Below, piece by piece: positions 7,821 through 17,162 of a stretch of 64,000 bases of DNA. The notes under the pieces were generated by a model, which saw only the letters and a program-made list of their open reading frames with translations, ran no database searches and was not told the origin of the DNA. The stretch is from the IMG/VR virus record IMGVR_UViG_3300009788_000106, positions 1 to 64,000 of that record. One strand, 5' to 3'. Each line of letters starts with the position of its first letter. The first letter of the stretch is position 1. The translations under genes and the position numbers were made by a program. Source of the DNA: a virus.

Positions 7821-9668
7821 ATGAGCAAGCAAAGCCTAAGTGGCAAGCCCCGGTCGGTGGCCGAGTACGTTCGCGGCGCGTTTGCGCCCTTGGCCTACCT
7901 TCACCCTCCGTTGAACGAGCTGTACCCACTGGATGAGGACGACTATGACCCGCACGTGGCAAGTGTGCTAATGGAGTTCAAGGCCATCGAGAAGCAGCGA
8001 CGGGCCTTCGAGGCCACCTTCATTCGCCGCATGATTCCAATTCTGGCACGGGCAAGGTCTGCCGCCCTGGCTGACTATCGTGCCGGGTCAACCCCATTAC
8101 ACATTGGCCGGGCGGCCGAGCGAGAACTGAAGAAGCTTGCCTCGGTGATTCGGAGTCTGTACGATACCGTCGGACTCCACTTTGCCAAGCGGGCGCGTGC
8201 GCAGGTCAAAGACGAGTTCGATGCCGTCGAACTGAACGACATGCCCGAGTTGGTCCAGTACAACAAAACCACCACCGCCGCCAAGGTCACCGCCATTTCA
8301 ACGGCCACGCGAGACGGGATTCGGAGGTCACTGGACCGGGCCCTCCGGGATGGTACCTCATCGGACATTGTTGCCCGGGACCTAAAGGACAGCTACAAGT
8401 TCTCAAGCCGCAGGGCCAAGCTCATCGTACAGACCGAGATCGTGGCGGCCAGTAACGCTGGCACGCATTTCAGTCTCAACAAATTCCTGCGGGCCGACAA
8501 CATGACGAAGGCGTGGCTGCACGCCGGTGACCTCCGGGTCCGGCACTCGCACATCATTGCCGGCACCACGCAGAAGAAGGTTGACTTCGACAAGCCCTTT
8601 GAAGTGGGCGGCGCGAAGCTCATGTTTCCCGGTGACAGTTCACTAGGTGCACCGCCACGGGAGACCATCTCCTGCCGGTGTACCGTGACGTACAAGCGCA
8701 AGTCCTCCCGGCGCCCCTTGTCTCAGATCCAGACGGACCCGACGATTGGAGACGTGGCACGTGTGGTCAGTGTCGTGAAGCCCAAACCAAAGCCCAAGCC
8801 GAAGCCCAAGCCCAAGCCCACAGGCTACGCAACCGAGGCGGAACGGAATGCCGCCTTCAAGAAGCTCAAAAAGGATTACGCCAAGTTCAAGAAGTCACTG
8901 GCTGCCCGGAAGAAGGCGCTAAATGTAAAGTTGGTCCAAACCCATAAGGACTTGATAAAGGTCGGCGACGATCTGGTGAAGGCGCAGCGCGCACTGCTCC
9001 GGGACCCCGCCAAGATCCGGGCCCTTGAGAGCCAGTTTCGCAAACTCCAGTTTGATGCAGGGCGCTGGTCAAGGTCCTTGCGCAAGCTGGACACTGCGGA
9101 GCGTGGGTTCTTTGCCAAGAACTTTTCGCAGGGCGTTAACAAGCTGGTCCTCGAAGCCTCCTCCTCAGCACAAGGCGGGATGATTGGTTCCAAGACCGTC
9201 AAGGAAGCACAGACGTGGTTGCGCAAAATTGCAGGCAAACAGTTCAAGCACGCCCCACGTGGTACAGTGCAGGTGAAAACAATCGGGCAGGGACGTCGGG
9301 CGTACGAACTGGATGGGCGGGTTTTTATTGCCCCGGAGGATCGTACTGAAATCCTTATCCATGAGCTTGGTCACACCTTCGAGTCCCGGAACAAGGGAGC
9401 CCGAGACGCAGCAAACGCATTCCTAAAGAAGCGCACCGTCGGCGACCGGAAGGTACGGCTGTACCCGGACAATCCAGACCTTGCCGATGAGTTCTACAAG
9501 GAAGACGAGTGGGTAGGGAAGGGGCACAGCAAATACGCAGGCAAGATCTACAGTCACAAAGGCACTGAGATTACGTCCATGGGGCTTCAGCGGCTGTACA
9601 AAAAGCCGGGCAATTTCCTGGAACAAGATGAAGAGTTCGTGCGGTACCTGTGGGACCTGTTCAACTAG
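7821..9668 (+). CDS. head morphogenesis protein (Mu F / SPP1 gp7-like) with a C-terminal extension containing a (KP)7 repeat
   Basis: Mu-F family hallmarks: AASNAGTHF, DLRVRHSH, MFPGD, ISCRCTV. KPKPKPKPKPKPKP lies at 8778-8819. The ATG at 7821 follows GGGAG. Confidence 0.7.
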   Translation: MSKQSLSGKPRSVAEYVRGAFAPLAYLHPPLNELYPLDEDDYDPHVASVLMEFKAIEKQRRAFEATFIRRMIPILARARSAALADYRAGSTPLHIGRAAERELKKLASVIRSLYDTVGLHFAKRARAQVKDEFDAVELNDMPELVQYNKTTTAAKVTAISTATRDGIRRSLDRALRDGTSSDIVARDLKDSYKFSSRRAKLIVQTEIVAASNAGTHFSLNKFLRADNMTKAWLHAGDLRVRHSHIIAGTTQKKVDFDKPFEVGGAKLMFPGDSSLGAPPRETISCRCTVTYKRKSSRRPLSQIQTDPTIGDVARVVSVVKPKPKPKPKPKPKPTGYATEAERNAAFKKLKKDYAKFKKSLAARKKALNVKLVQTHKDLIKVGDDLVKAQRALLRDPAKIRALESQFRKLQFDAGRWSRSLRKLDTAERGFFAKNFSQGVNKLVLEASSSAQGGMIGSKTVKEAQTWLRKIAGKQFKHAPRGTVQVKTIGQGRRAYELDGRVFIAPEDRTEILIHELGHTFESRNKGARDAANAFLKKRTVGDRKVRLYPDNPDLADEFYKEDEWVGKGHSKYAGKIYSHKGTEITSMGLQRLYKKPGNFLEQDEEFVRYLWDLFN

Positions 9669-9930
9669 TACTTGCGCCCCGAGCGGTGGCCGGGGTCGTT
9701 CGGTTCCGTGACCGTTAGCACGGCCATGGGGCTGACCCATTCCGCAGCAAACTCCCACAGTGCTTGTTCCTGATCTGGATGGTGCTCGACTATCTCCGCC
9801 ACGGCGTCCATGATGGACGCCATCGGCTTCATCACAGCACTGATGAACTTGTTGCGTGTGGTGAACTCCTTGCCCTTTAACCTCAGTACCCAAGTCCCAC
9901 CGCCATATTGTACCGTGCCTTTGATCATGC
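9665..9930 (-). CDS. hypothetical protein (88 aa) encoded antisense inside the head-gene module
   Basis: ATG preceded by GGGAGAAAAAGC. The protein-like sequence MIKGTVQYGGGTWVLRLKGKEFTTRNKFISAVMKPMASIMDAVAEIVEHHPDQEQALWEF... shares a CTAG overlapping stop with the convergent morphogenesis gene. Confidence 0.4.
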
Positions 9931-10021
9931 TTTTTCTCCCTGTCCCTACGGTACAGCAGCTTGGCAACCCTGTCAAGCCCCTGCCGCCACACCGATAATT
10001 AAACCAGAAGGAGACCGCAGC

Positions 10022-10747
10022 ATGTTCAGAAAACTTATTGCACCGGAAATGGCAAAACTGAAAATCGTCAAGGACGAGGACAACCCGGACTCAGGCGGTG
10101 GCTTCATCGAGGGATACGCCAGCGTTTTCGGCAACCTTGACCATGGCCGGGACATTGTCGAGAAGGGCGCCTTCCGCAAGACTCTGAAGGAGCGAATGCC
10201 GAAGGGGCAAGTTCTCCTGTTCGACTCCCATCGTATCTATGACGGCACGTCTGCCGTGATTGGGAAAGTCGAGGAGGCGAAGGAGGACGACCACGGCCTA
10301 TGGTTCAAGGCCCGGTTCTCTGCGGTCCAGCTTGCGCAGGACATTCGCACCAAGGTTCAGGAAGGCATCCTGGACGCCCTGTCGTTCGGCTTCGATGTGG
10401 TCAAGTACTCCATCGACGAGAACGAGAAGGTGCGCTCCCTGAAGGAGTTGAAGCTGTACGAAATCTCGGTCGTGCCGTGGGGCATGAATCCGAAGGCGCT
10501 GATAGCGGCAGTCAAGGGGCTTAACACGGAGGAGGAAACCCCGTGGTACGAGACCGAACAGTACAAGTCCCTCTTCGTTGAGCCTACTCCCGAAGGTGAA
10601 GGCGAAGGGGAAGGCGCCGGTGCTGGGGAACCTGTGGTCGAGGAACCGACTGCCGCTGAACTGGAGTTGTTTGCCTCAATGAAGGCCGCGGCTCAAGGTA
10701 TGGAATTCGACAAGATGCTTGCGTCGATGAAGGCGCTAACACGGTAA
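10022..10747 (+). CDS. HK97-family prohead protease (peptidase U35) with a Gly/Glu-rich C-terminal segment
   Basis: GYASVFGNLDHGRDIVEKGAFRKTL and GQVLLFDSHR motifs; RBS AAGGAGA; C-terminal EGEGEGEGAGAGE. Confidence 0.8.
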   Translation: MFRKLIAPEMAKLKIVKDEDNPDSGGGFIEGYASVFGNLDHGRDIVEKGAFRKTLKERMPKGQVLLFDSHRIYDGTSAVIGKVEEAKEDDHGLWFKARFSAVQLAQDIRTKVQEGILDALSFGFDVVKYSIDENEKVRSLKELKLYEISVVPWGMNPKALIAAVKGLNTEEETPWYETEQYKSLFVEPTPEGEGEGEGAGAGEPVVEEPTAAELELFASMKAAAQGMEFDKMLASMKALTR

Positions 10748-10986
10748 CAAGTTCTGCTGCGGTTGCCACATCGCCGGGGTCTGGGGGTCACTCAGTCCTC
10801 GGCATTTTTTTGCCTGGCAAACCTTCTTGCGATAAGTAACAGTGAGAGGCGTTACCCGCACTTCAATGTCTCACTCGCCCACGTTGGTTAGAGCCGAGAC
10901 GAAGCCGCCCGATGCAGTCCTCTTAGAAGCAGCAACATTATCGGGTGGTTTCCTTTAACCCACTCACAACTGAAAAGGAGAAGCCA

Positions 10987-12246
10987 ATGACGGAAGAACA
11001 GATCCGCGAGATGAATGAGACCTTCGTCGCCTTCAAGGCGTCTAACGACTCGCTTCAAGCGGAAGTCAAAAAGTACGGTACCAGCAACGGCGAATACAAG
11101 GAGCACGTGGAGAAGTTGAACACGGCCCTTGAAGGCATGGAAGAGAAGATCACTGCCGAAGCCGCCGCCCGCGAAGCCGCCGAGACTGGCGCCACGGAGC
11201 TGAAAGATCGAATCAACGAACTCGAAGCCAAGCTGGAACGCAAGGGCGGCCAGATTGTCTCCGGTGACGAAGCCGTTGCCGAACTGGCCGAACGGAAGAG
11301 TCTGTTTTTCAAGGCCCTGAAGTCCGGTGTCGATCCTGAGCAGGCCGTCGGCATGGGTATCCTGACCGCCGAGCAGTTCAAGTCGATGACCCTGGCTGAC
11401 AATGAGACCGGTGGCTACCTTGCCCCGGCAGAGTATGTGGCCGAGATCCTTACCACGGTGACCGAGTGGTCGCAGATTCGTGGTATCGCCCGCCTGCGCA
11501 CCACCAGCCGCACTGCGGTTCAGGTGCCGAAAAAGACTCAGTCCGCTGCCGCCGCGTGGGTTTCGGAAATCGACACCCGCACTGAGACCCAGAATCCCAA
11601 GTGGGGTCTGGACACTCTGGTTGCGCACGAGATGTACGCCCTCGCCAAGGTGAGCAAGCAGGACCTCGAAGACACCATCTTCGACATTGAAGGGTTCCTG
11701 CGGGAAGAGTTTGCCGAGCAGTTTGGCGTGACCGAAGGTACCGCGTTCGTGGTCGGCAACGCCGACGGCCAGCCCGAAGGGTTCATGACCAATACGGAGA
11801 TTGGCAACGTGGTTTCCGAGGACGCCACGCTGATCACCGGCGATGGTCTGATCAACCTGTACTACGAGTTGAAGGAAGCCTACCTGGCGAATAGCCAGTG
11901 GGTCCTGAACCGAGCCACTCTCAAGGAGATTCGGAAGCTCAAGGACGGGAACAATCAGTATCTCTGGGCACCTGGCATCAAGTCCGACGCCCGGCCCGCT
12001 TCCATCCTGGACCGCCCGTACACCACCGCCCCGGACATGCCGGACATTGGTGCCGGTCTCTACCCGGTTGCCTTTGGCGACTTCCGGCGTGGTTACACCA
12101 TTCTGGATCGTGTTGCCATGGAACTCATGCGTGACCCGTTCTCGTCCAAGTCGACCGGTATGGTCGAAATCTCGGCGCGGCGTCGTGTTGGTGGCAAGGT
12201 CATGATTCCCGAGGCCTTGAAGAAGTTGAAGATCTCGGCTAGCTAG
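10987..12246 (+). CDS. major capsid protein, HK97 fold, with an N-terminal coiled-coil delta/scaffold domain
   Basis: Sits immediately downstream of the protease. An N-terminal charged coiled coil of about 110 aa is followed by a region of about 300 aa typical of HK97-like MCPs. RBS GGAG. Confidence 0.75.
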   Translation: MTEEQIREMNETFVAFKASNDSLQAEVKKYGTSNGEYKEHVEKLNTALEGMEEKITAEAAAREAAETGATELKDRINELEAKLERKGGQIVSGDEAVAELAERKSLFFKALKSGVDPEQAVGMGILTAEQFKSMTLADNETGGYLAPAEYVAEILTTVTEWSQIRGIARLRTTSRTAVQVPKKTQSAAAAWVSEIDTRTETQNPKWGLDTLVAHEMYALAKVSKQDLEDTIFDIEGFLREEFAEQFGVTEGTAFVVGNADGQPEGFMTNTEIGNVVSEDATLITGDGLINLYYELKEAYLANSQWVLNRATLKEIRKLKDGNNQYLWAPGIKSDARPASILDRPYTTAPDMPDIGAGLYPVAFGDFRRGYTILDRVAMELMRDPFSSKSTGMVEISARRRVGGKVMIPEALKKLKISAS

Positions 12247-12282
12247 GCTGCCTGATCATCCATAGGAAAGGAGAACAAAACA

Positions 12283-12708
12283 ATGTCGTTTTTCACTCGT
12301 GATCTCATGTCTCTGTTCAATGCGGTTGAAGCCCTGGCGCAGGTGCAACTCACAGCCACGGCTAACGGTGTGGTCGTGGACACCCATGATTACAACACGG
12401 TGGCCTTCCTGGTTCAGCTTGGTGACATCGCAACTGCGGATGCTTCGCACTACTTCACCATCACTGCTGAAGAAGGTGATGCAGCCAACTTGTCGGACGC
12501 GGTTGCTATCCCGACTGCCCGTCGGCTTGGTCCTGCTCTGGTAATCAACCTGACGTCTCAGGCCAACAGCGTCCTGGAGACTGGTTATGCCAAGGGCACC
12601 AAGCGCTATATGCGGCTGGTGTTCACGGAGACCGGTACCGCTGACGCTGACGTGTCCGCCTTGGCTCTGCTCGGTGGCAATGATACTAGCTGGTCGCCGC
12701 GGTCGTAA
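12283..12708 (+). CDS. hypothetical virion-associated protein (141 aa)
   Basis: Position between MCP and connector, with RBS AAAGGAGAA. No motif recognised. Confidence 0.4.
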   Translation: MSFFTRDLMSLFNAVEALAQVQLTATANGVVVDTHDYNTVAFLVQLGDIATADASHYFTITAEEGDAANLSDAVAIPTARRLGPALVINLTSQANSVLETGYAKGTKRYMRLVFTETGTADADVSALALLGGNDTSWSPRS

Positions 12709-12801
12709 GCTGACACAGTTCGTCCAGTTCGTAACGTTGACGGAAGGGCTCCACGGGTCGATCGCCCTTGGAGCCTTTCTTACTTTGTAAGGGAGGGCAG
12801 T

Positions 12802-13458
12802 ATGGCAAGATTGAAGGAAGGTTTCCAACTACTACGCACAGTCGATTCCGTGGCTGAACCAATCACCGCCACTGAGTTCAAGACCCATGCCAAGATCACG
12901 CAAACGTCCAGTGCCCTCGATGCCCAGATTGCCAGGTTGCTACCAGCGGCAAGGCGGCAAATCGAGAAGTTCATTAACAAGACCATCATTCAGCAAACGT
13001 GGACCCAGACCCATGACAACGTCGGGGCAAAGATCAGGCTGCGGCAAGGCCCGGTACCCGCGCTTGGGATTACCACTGTCAAGACGATCAACAGCTTCAC
13101 CCTTGGTGTTGACTGGGACACCTTGGATGCCGACAATTACTTCCTTGCCGGCAAGTGGCTTGTGCCCCGTGACACCTGGCCGGTACACCGTGGGTTCCAG
13201 AGTTTCGAGATCACCTACACCACAGGCTACGTTGCTTTGGCTGTAGGAGCCGACCAGTCAACGATAGATGAGGCGGTGGCCTCCGTGTCGGAAGATCTGA
13301 AGGAAGCCTGCCTTGAGCTTGCTACGCACTACCTAGGCGACCCTCTGGGCGAAGGCGCAGAGCAGAAGTACCAAGCCACGGTAGAGAAGCTGGGACCAAT
13401 CCCTGCCGGCATCCAAGGCATGCTGCAAGGCTACATCGATTGGAGCCTGAAAGGATGA
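12802..13458 (+). CDS. head-tail connector (gp6-like) protein
   Basis: The N-terminal segment ITATEFKTHAKITQTSSALDAQIARLLPAARRQIE resembles Phage_connect_1 family N-termini. Gene order supports the call. Confidence 0.55.
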   Translation: MARLKEGFQLLRTVDSVAEPITATEFKTHAKITQTSSALDAQIARLLPAARRQIEKFINKTIIQQTWTQTHDNVGAKIRLRQGPVPALGITTVKTINSFTLGVDWDTLDADNYFLAGKWLVPRDTWPVHRGFQSFEITYTTGYVALAVGADQSTIDEAVASVSEDLKEACLELATHYLGDPLGEGAEQKYQATVEKLGPIPAGIQGMLQGYIDWSLKG

Positions 13459-13820
13459 GGCGACGTAAAAGCAGGAACTCAGATCTGGGACAGTACACCC
13501 AATTCGTCACCTTCCAGTCCATGACCCTTACGCCTGATGGCGGAGGCGGCAACTCCAGAGTCGAGGCAGATGAGTCGACGGCGTGGTGCCGCATTATGCC
13601 GAAGGCTGCCGTCTCCGAATTCATACATGGCCAGCTTAAGGCGAACACCACTCACGTGATTGAGCTGCGGTACCAAACTGGTTTCAAGGCTTCGTGGCGT
13701 GTCAAGTTCGAAACCTCCGAAGGCATCCGGTACTTTGCCATCGAGGGCGTGCGTGACATAGACGAGGAGAACCGGAAGATCGTACTGTTCTGCCAGGAAG
13801 AGCTCGATAAAGAAGACTGA
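13455..13820 (+). CDS. head closure / head-tail joining protein
   Basis: Size, position and residue pattern (W..I.P......E......H.IELRY, FCQEE) resemble SPP1 gp16/Phage_H_T_join proteins. Confidence 0.5.
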   Translation: MRRRKSRNSDLGQYTQFVTFQSMTLTPDGGGGNSRVEADESTAWCRIMPKAAVSEFIHGQLKANTTHVIELRYQTGFKASWRVKFETSEGIRYFAIEGVRDIDEENRKIVLFCQEELDKED

Positions 13821-13826
13821 GGATAA

Positions 13827-14285
13827 ATGGCCAAAAGCAAAGTGAAGGTGACACTCGTCGGCAAGGAGGTACTCCGCCAGAAGATCCGCCTACTGGACTT
13901 CCACGCGAAGGCCGAAGTACGCGATGCCGTCAACGAGTCGGCCCTCAATATTCAGCGCCAGGCAAAAGAGCTATGCCCTGTCCGTAAGAAGGGCAAAATC
14001 CTCGGCGGTCGCCTGCGGTCCTCAATCAAACTTGAGTTCTTGAACAACGGGATGACCGGGGAAGTTGGAACGAATGTGGACTATGCACAATTCGTGGAAT
14101 TTGGTACGGGCAGGCGTGGCAGCAGCAGCCAGCACCCACCACTTCCATCGGGGTACGTGCATGGTAGCCGGGCGGGCATGTTGGCCCAGCCCTTCCTATA
14201 CCCTGCGTGGGACCGGGAGCGAAACCCGTTCAACCGCAAAATACGCAGGGCAATGAAAGCAGCGGCACGGAGGTCAACGTCATGA
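13827..14285 (+). CDS. HK97 gp10-like tail component
   Basis: VDYAQFVEFGTG and PFLYPAW motifs characteristic of HK97_gp10 family proteins. Confidence 0.6.
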   Translation: MAKSKVKVTLVGKEVLRQKIRLLDFHAKAEVRDAVNESALNIQRQAKELCPVRKKGKILGGRLRSSIKLEFLNNGMTGEVGTNVDYAQFVEFGTGRRGSSSQHPPLPSGYVHGSRAGMLAQPFLYPAWDRERNPFNRKIRRAMKAAARRSTS

Positions 14286-14695
14286 GTGGTTCTTCATTAT
14301 GGGATTTGCAAGTAGGCATTTTCAGCATCCTTGAAGGGGACGTGGCACTTGGTTTGCTTACGAATGGCGTGTACGACGGGGAAGTTCCCCCTGAGGATGA
14401 AGTACGAACTCCATACGTTCGGCTTGGGGAATGGAACGAGGTAGCTGACAACCTGCACACGCGGCTCGGCCGCGAGGTTACAGTCACCATCCATGTCTAC
14501 TCCGACTACCGCGGCTTCAAAGAAGCCAAGTTGATCGGCAACAGGGTTATCCAGCTTTTGGAGCACCAGCCGATCAGCGGGACAGATTGGAGAATCATAG
14601 TATGTCAATTCGAGAGCGCACAAACGATCATGGACCCGGAGCGGATCAGGCACAACGTCCTGGTCTTCAGACTCAAAACAGGACCGATAGTGTAG
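14282..14695 (+). CDS. tail completion/terminator-like protein (DUF3168-like)
   Basis: ATG overlaps the upstream stop (TCATGA). Size and position are typical; family assignment is tentative. Confidence 0.45.
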   Translation: MSGSSLWDLQVGIFSILEGDVALGLLTNGVYDGEVPPEDEVRTPYVRLGEWNEVADNLHTRLGREVTVTIHVYSDYRGFKEAKLIGNRVIQLLEHQPISGTDWRIIVCQFESAQTIMDPERIRHNVLVFRLKTGPIV

Positions 14696-14964
14696 AGGTC
14701 CAGCAGTTCATTGCCAGGGCCGAGGGCGCCCCTATCCAAAAGGGCCGGGACTTCACATACAACCCGAAGGGCTGGCACGGCCGGAAGCAGTGGCACTGCC
14801 GCCACTGCGCCTTTGATACCCTTGATGGGGTTACACTCATGAAGCAGCATGTGTACGCACAGCACCTTCTCCCAGTGGCAGCACAGCTGGCCCAGACCCG
14901 TCCCATCGAGGCGGAGTTGTATGATCCCAGCGGGCAGCAAATCTTCGAGGTCCCAGGCCAATGA
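14602..14964 (+). CDS. hypothetical protein with a C2H2-like zinc-finger motif paralogous to the N-terminus of the downstream glycosyltransferase
   Basis: WHCRHCAFDTLDGVTLMKQHVYAQH matches CSACPFDIPDLLSMKQHISYMH in the next gene. The start is uncertain because the frame overlaps the upstream gene by about 95 nt. Confidence 0.3.
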   Translation: MSIRERTNDHGPGADQAQRPGLQTQNRTDSVEVQQFIARAEGAPIQKGRDFTYNPKGWHGRKQWHCRHCAFDTLDGVTLMKQHVYAQHLLPVAAQLAQTRPIEAELYDPSGQQIFEVPGQ

Positions 14965-16604
14965 GACCTCCCCAATTCATAACCAAGGTAGTTCGCAATA
15001 TACCGTGGTACTTCTGTTCGGCGTGTCCTTTTGACATACCGGACCTGCTGTCCATGAAACAGCACATTTCCTACATGCACAGCCCGGCCGACTGGAAGAA
15101 GCGGCACCCGCTGGTCGCGTGCATACTGGTGACGTCGGAGAAGCGCAAGGAGTTCTGGCCGGAGGCTGTGGCCGACTTCATGGCGCAGGACTGGCCACAC
15201 AAGGAGCTGGTGGTCGTCACGGAAAGCGTTGACGGTTTCCGCAGTTACTTGCCAGACGACACCAATGCTGTCCGGCTCATTAAGTGTGACCCGGACACGA
15301 CCATCGGCGAACGGCGCAACATGGCTGTACGTGCCAGCAAGGCAATTCACTTCGCTATCTGGGATGACGACGACCGCCAGGCACCATACGCCCTGTCCGA
15401 GAAACTAAAGCTGTTCAAGGGAGCGACACATGTCGTTGCTTGTTCAGAGCCTTGGTACTACGACGTGGATGAGGACCGCAGCTACCACTTCAAACACGGG
15501 GACCGCACCATCCTGGTCGGTGGCACAATGCTGTTCCATCGTGACGCCTGGCGCAACTACCCATTCCCGGATCGGTCACGGGCCGAAGACCAAATGTTCA
15601 TTAGGCGTATTGGCATGCACCGGCGTGCCACCTGTACACCTGAGCTAACCGTCGTGGGTATCCACAGCCGTAACACCTCCCGCAAGACTAGGACTGACGA
15701 CTGGGAACGTATGGGGGATAACATTGCTGCCGAGTTCTACTGCAAGGGCAGGCGCCGCGTGGCCCTGGCAAGCCTGTCGTGGGAGATGGGGCAAGTCACC
15801 ATTGACGGGATCGAAGCTCTGGTCCTTGAGGCGGCAAGACTCCAGAAGTTCAGGCGGGTTATCCCTGAGGTCATCATCGTGGACAATGGTTCAACCGACG
15901 GCACCCAGAAACTTATTGCCCTTCACCTTGACCGCTGGCGGAAGACCTGCCCGGTCCACATCATTTTCAACACCGAGAACAAGGGTAACTCGATCGCCCG
16001 AAACCAGATGCTTGACTTGGCGGTGGGGCTTGGCATGGATCACATCCTGTTCACCGACTGTGACCTCGAAGTCATCCCTCACTCAGTAGGCGGAATGGTA
16101 GACCACTTAGAGCAGCACCCAGAAGTCGGGTGCATCGGCATGTGGTCCGGTGGACATGCCAAGCAACGGCGACTCACTACCAAGCGCCTGCTAAGTCTGG
16201 AGGAGTTCCCAATCTTCAAGGATAGCAAGCAGGACGTCGCGTGGACACAGTATGGCTTGTTCCGCATGCAGCCCTTCGCCGACGGTATACGCTTCGAGAC
16301 AGGCGGTCCCTTTGGTGGCCCTGGCTGGGGACTGGAGGACAACGACATGCGCTACCAGCTTGAGTGCGCTGGCTGGCGTACAAACCACATGGAAGGCGCA
16401 ACGTACCTTCACCGCGCCCGCAGTTCCTCAGTCCGCATTCTAGAGAGCCAAGGGTTCAACCATAAACAAGCGTTTGAGGACCGCACCGAATTCCAGCGGC
16501 GCAAGTGGGCGGGTGTCGACGTGCCGATAATTAACAACAGATGGAAGCAGCAGAAAAAAGGTGGCCGGGTCACCGAACAGACTGAGAGGAGTTCAACAGC
16601 ATGA
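14961..16604 (+). CDS. bifunctional glycosyltransferase: N-terminal zinc finger plus two GT2 (GT-A fold) domains
   Basis: Domain 1: ILVTSEKRKEFW...AIWDDDD (DxD). Domain 2: VIIVDNGSTDGT...ILFTDCDLE. It lies inside the tail structural operon. Confidence 0.7.
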   Translation: MRPPQFITKVVRNIPWYFCSACPFDIPDLLSMKQHISYMHSPADWKKRHPLVACILVTSEKRKEFWPEAVADFMAQDWPHKELVVVTESVDGFRSYLPDDTNAVRLIKCDPDTTIGERRNMAVRASKAIHFAIWDDDDRQAPYALSEKLKLFKGATHVVACSEPWYYDVDEDRSYHFKHGDRTILVGGTMLFHRDAWRNYPFPDRSRAEDQMFIRRIGMHRRATCTPELTVVGIHSRNTSRKTRTDDWERMGDNIAAEFYCKGRRRVALASLSWEMGQVTIDGIEALVLEAARLQKFRRVIPEVIIVDNGSTDGTQKLIALHLDRWRKTCPVHIIFNTENKGNSIARNQMLDLAVGLGMDHILFTDCDLEVIPHSVGGMVDHLEQHPEVGCIGMWSGGHAKQRRLTTKRLLSLEEFPIFKDSKQDVAWTQYGLFRMQPFADGIRFETGGPFGGPGWGLEDNDMRYQLECAGWRTNHMEGATYLHRARSSSVRILESQGFNHKQAFEDRTEFQRRKWAGVDVPIINNRWKQQKKGGRVTEQTERSSTA

Positions 16605-17041
16605 GTACCTTAGCAATTAGCGCGTTTCAAACCTATCTCAAAGTCGGTGACGGTGAGTCTCCCGAAGTCTACACGACCATCGCCGAACTTCGCAATGTGT
16701 CCGGCCCCAGCATCTCGGCCGATGCCTTGGACGTCACCGTGCATAACACCGCGACGCCCTGGCGCAAGTTCATCAGTGGCCTGCTTGATGGCGGCGAGGT
16801 GAGTCTGGACATCAACTTCGTCCCGACCAATGCCACGCACACGGCTGCGACCGCTGGCGGCCTTGTCAAGACCATGACCGACCGGAGCGAACTGAACTAC
16901 AAAATCGTGTTCCCGGACACCGGCACAACCGAATGGATTTTCCCTGGGATCATCACTGCGTTCGAGCCGAGCTCTGATCCGGCCGACGTGCTACAGGCAT
17001 CCGTCACCATCAAGGTGTCTGGGCCTCCGACGCTAGCCTAA
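16601..17041 (+). CDS. major tail protein (tube)
   Basis: YLKVGDGESPEVYTTIAELRNVSGP...DVTVHN, typical of the N-terminus of siphovirus major tail proteins. Followed by a strong terminator. Confidence 0.7.
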   Translation: MSTLAISAFQTYLKVGDGESPEVYTTIAELRNVSGPSISADALDVTVHNTATPWRKFISGLLDGGEVSLDINFVPTNATHTAATAGGLVKTMTDRSELNYKIVFPDTGTTEWIFPGIITAFEPSSDPADVLQASVTIKVSGPPTLA

Positions 17042-17082
17042 AGCTGGCCAGTGTAACCGACGTCCTACGCGGTCTGTCCAGT

Positions 17083-17134
17083 GGGGAGGGTCAATGGGTA
17101 CCTTCCCCGCCCGGCGTGTAGGGCGTTTTGTTTG
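17083..17134 (+). terminator. tandem hairpins plus U-tract downstream of the major tail protein gene
   Basis: GGGGAGGGTcaatgggtACCTTCCCC, then GCCCggcgtgtaGGGC followed by GTTTTGTTTG. Confidence 0.45.
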
Positions 17135-17162
17135 ACCCTGAAAAAACGAGAGGTAAGACAGT

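Noticed and set aside
8778-8819. (KP)7 repeat as a separate mobile or repeat element
   Set aside because: It is an in-frame low-complexity linker within the morphogenesis protein, not an independent feature.
10795-10830. Possible intrinsic terminator between the prohead protease and capsid genes (T-tract cattttttttgcc)
   Set aside because: The upstream stem is poorly complementary. The T-tract is part of a TTGCCTGGCAA palindrome copy, so it is retained only as a possible regulator-binding site, not called as a terminator.
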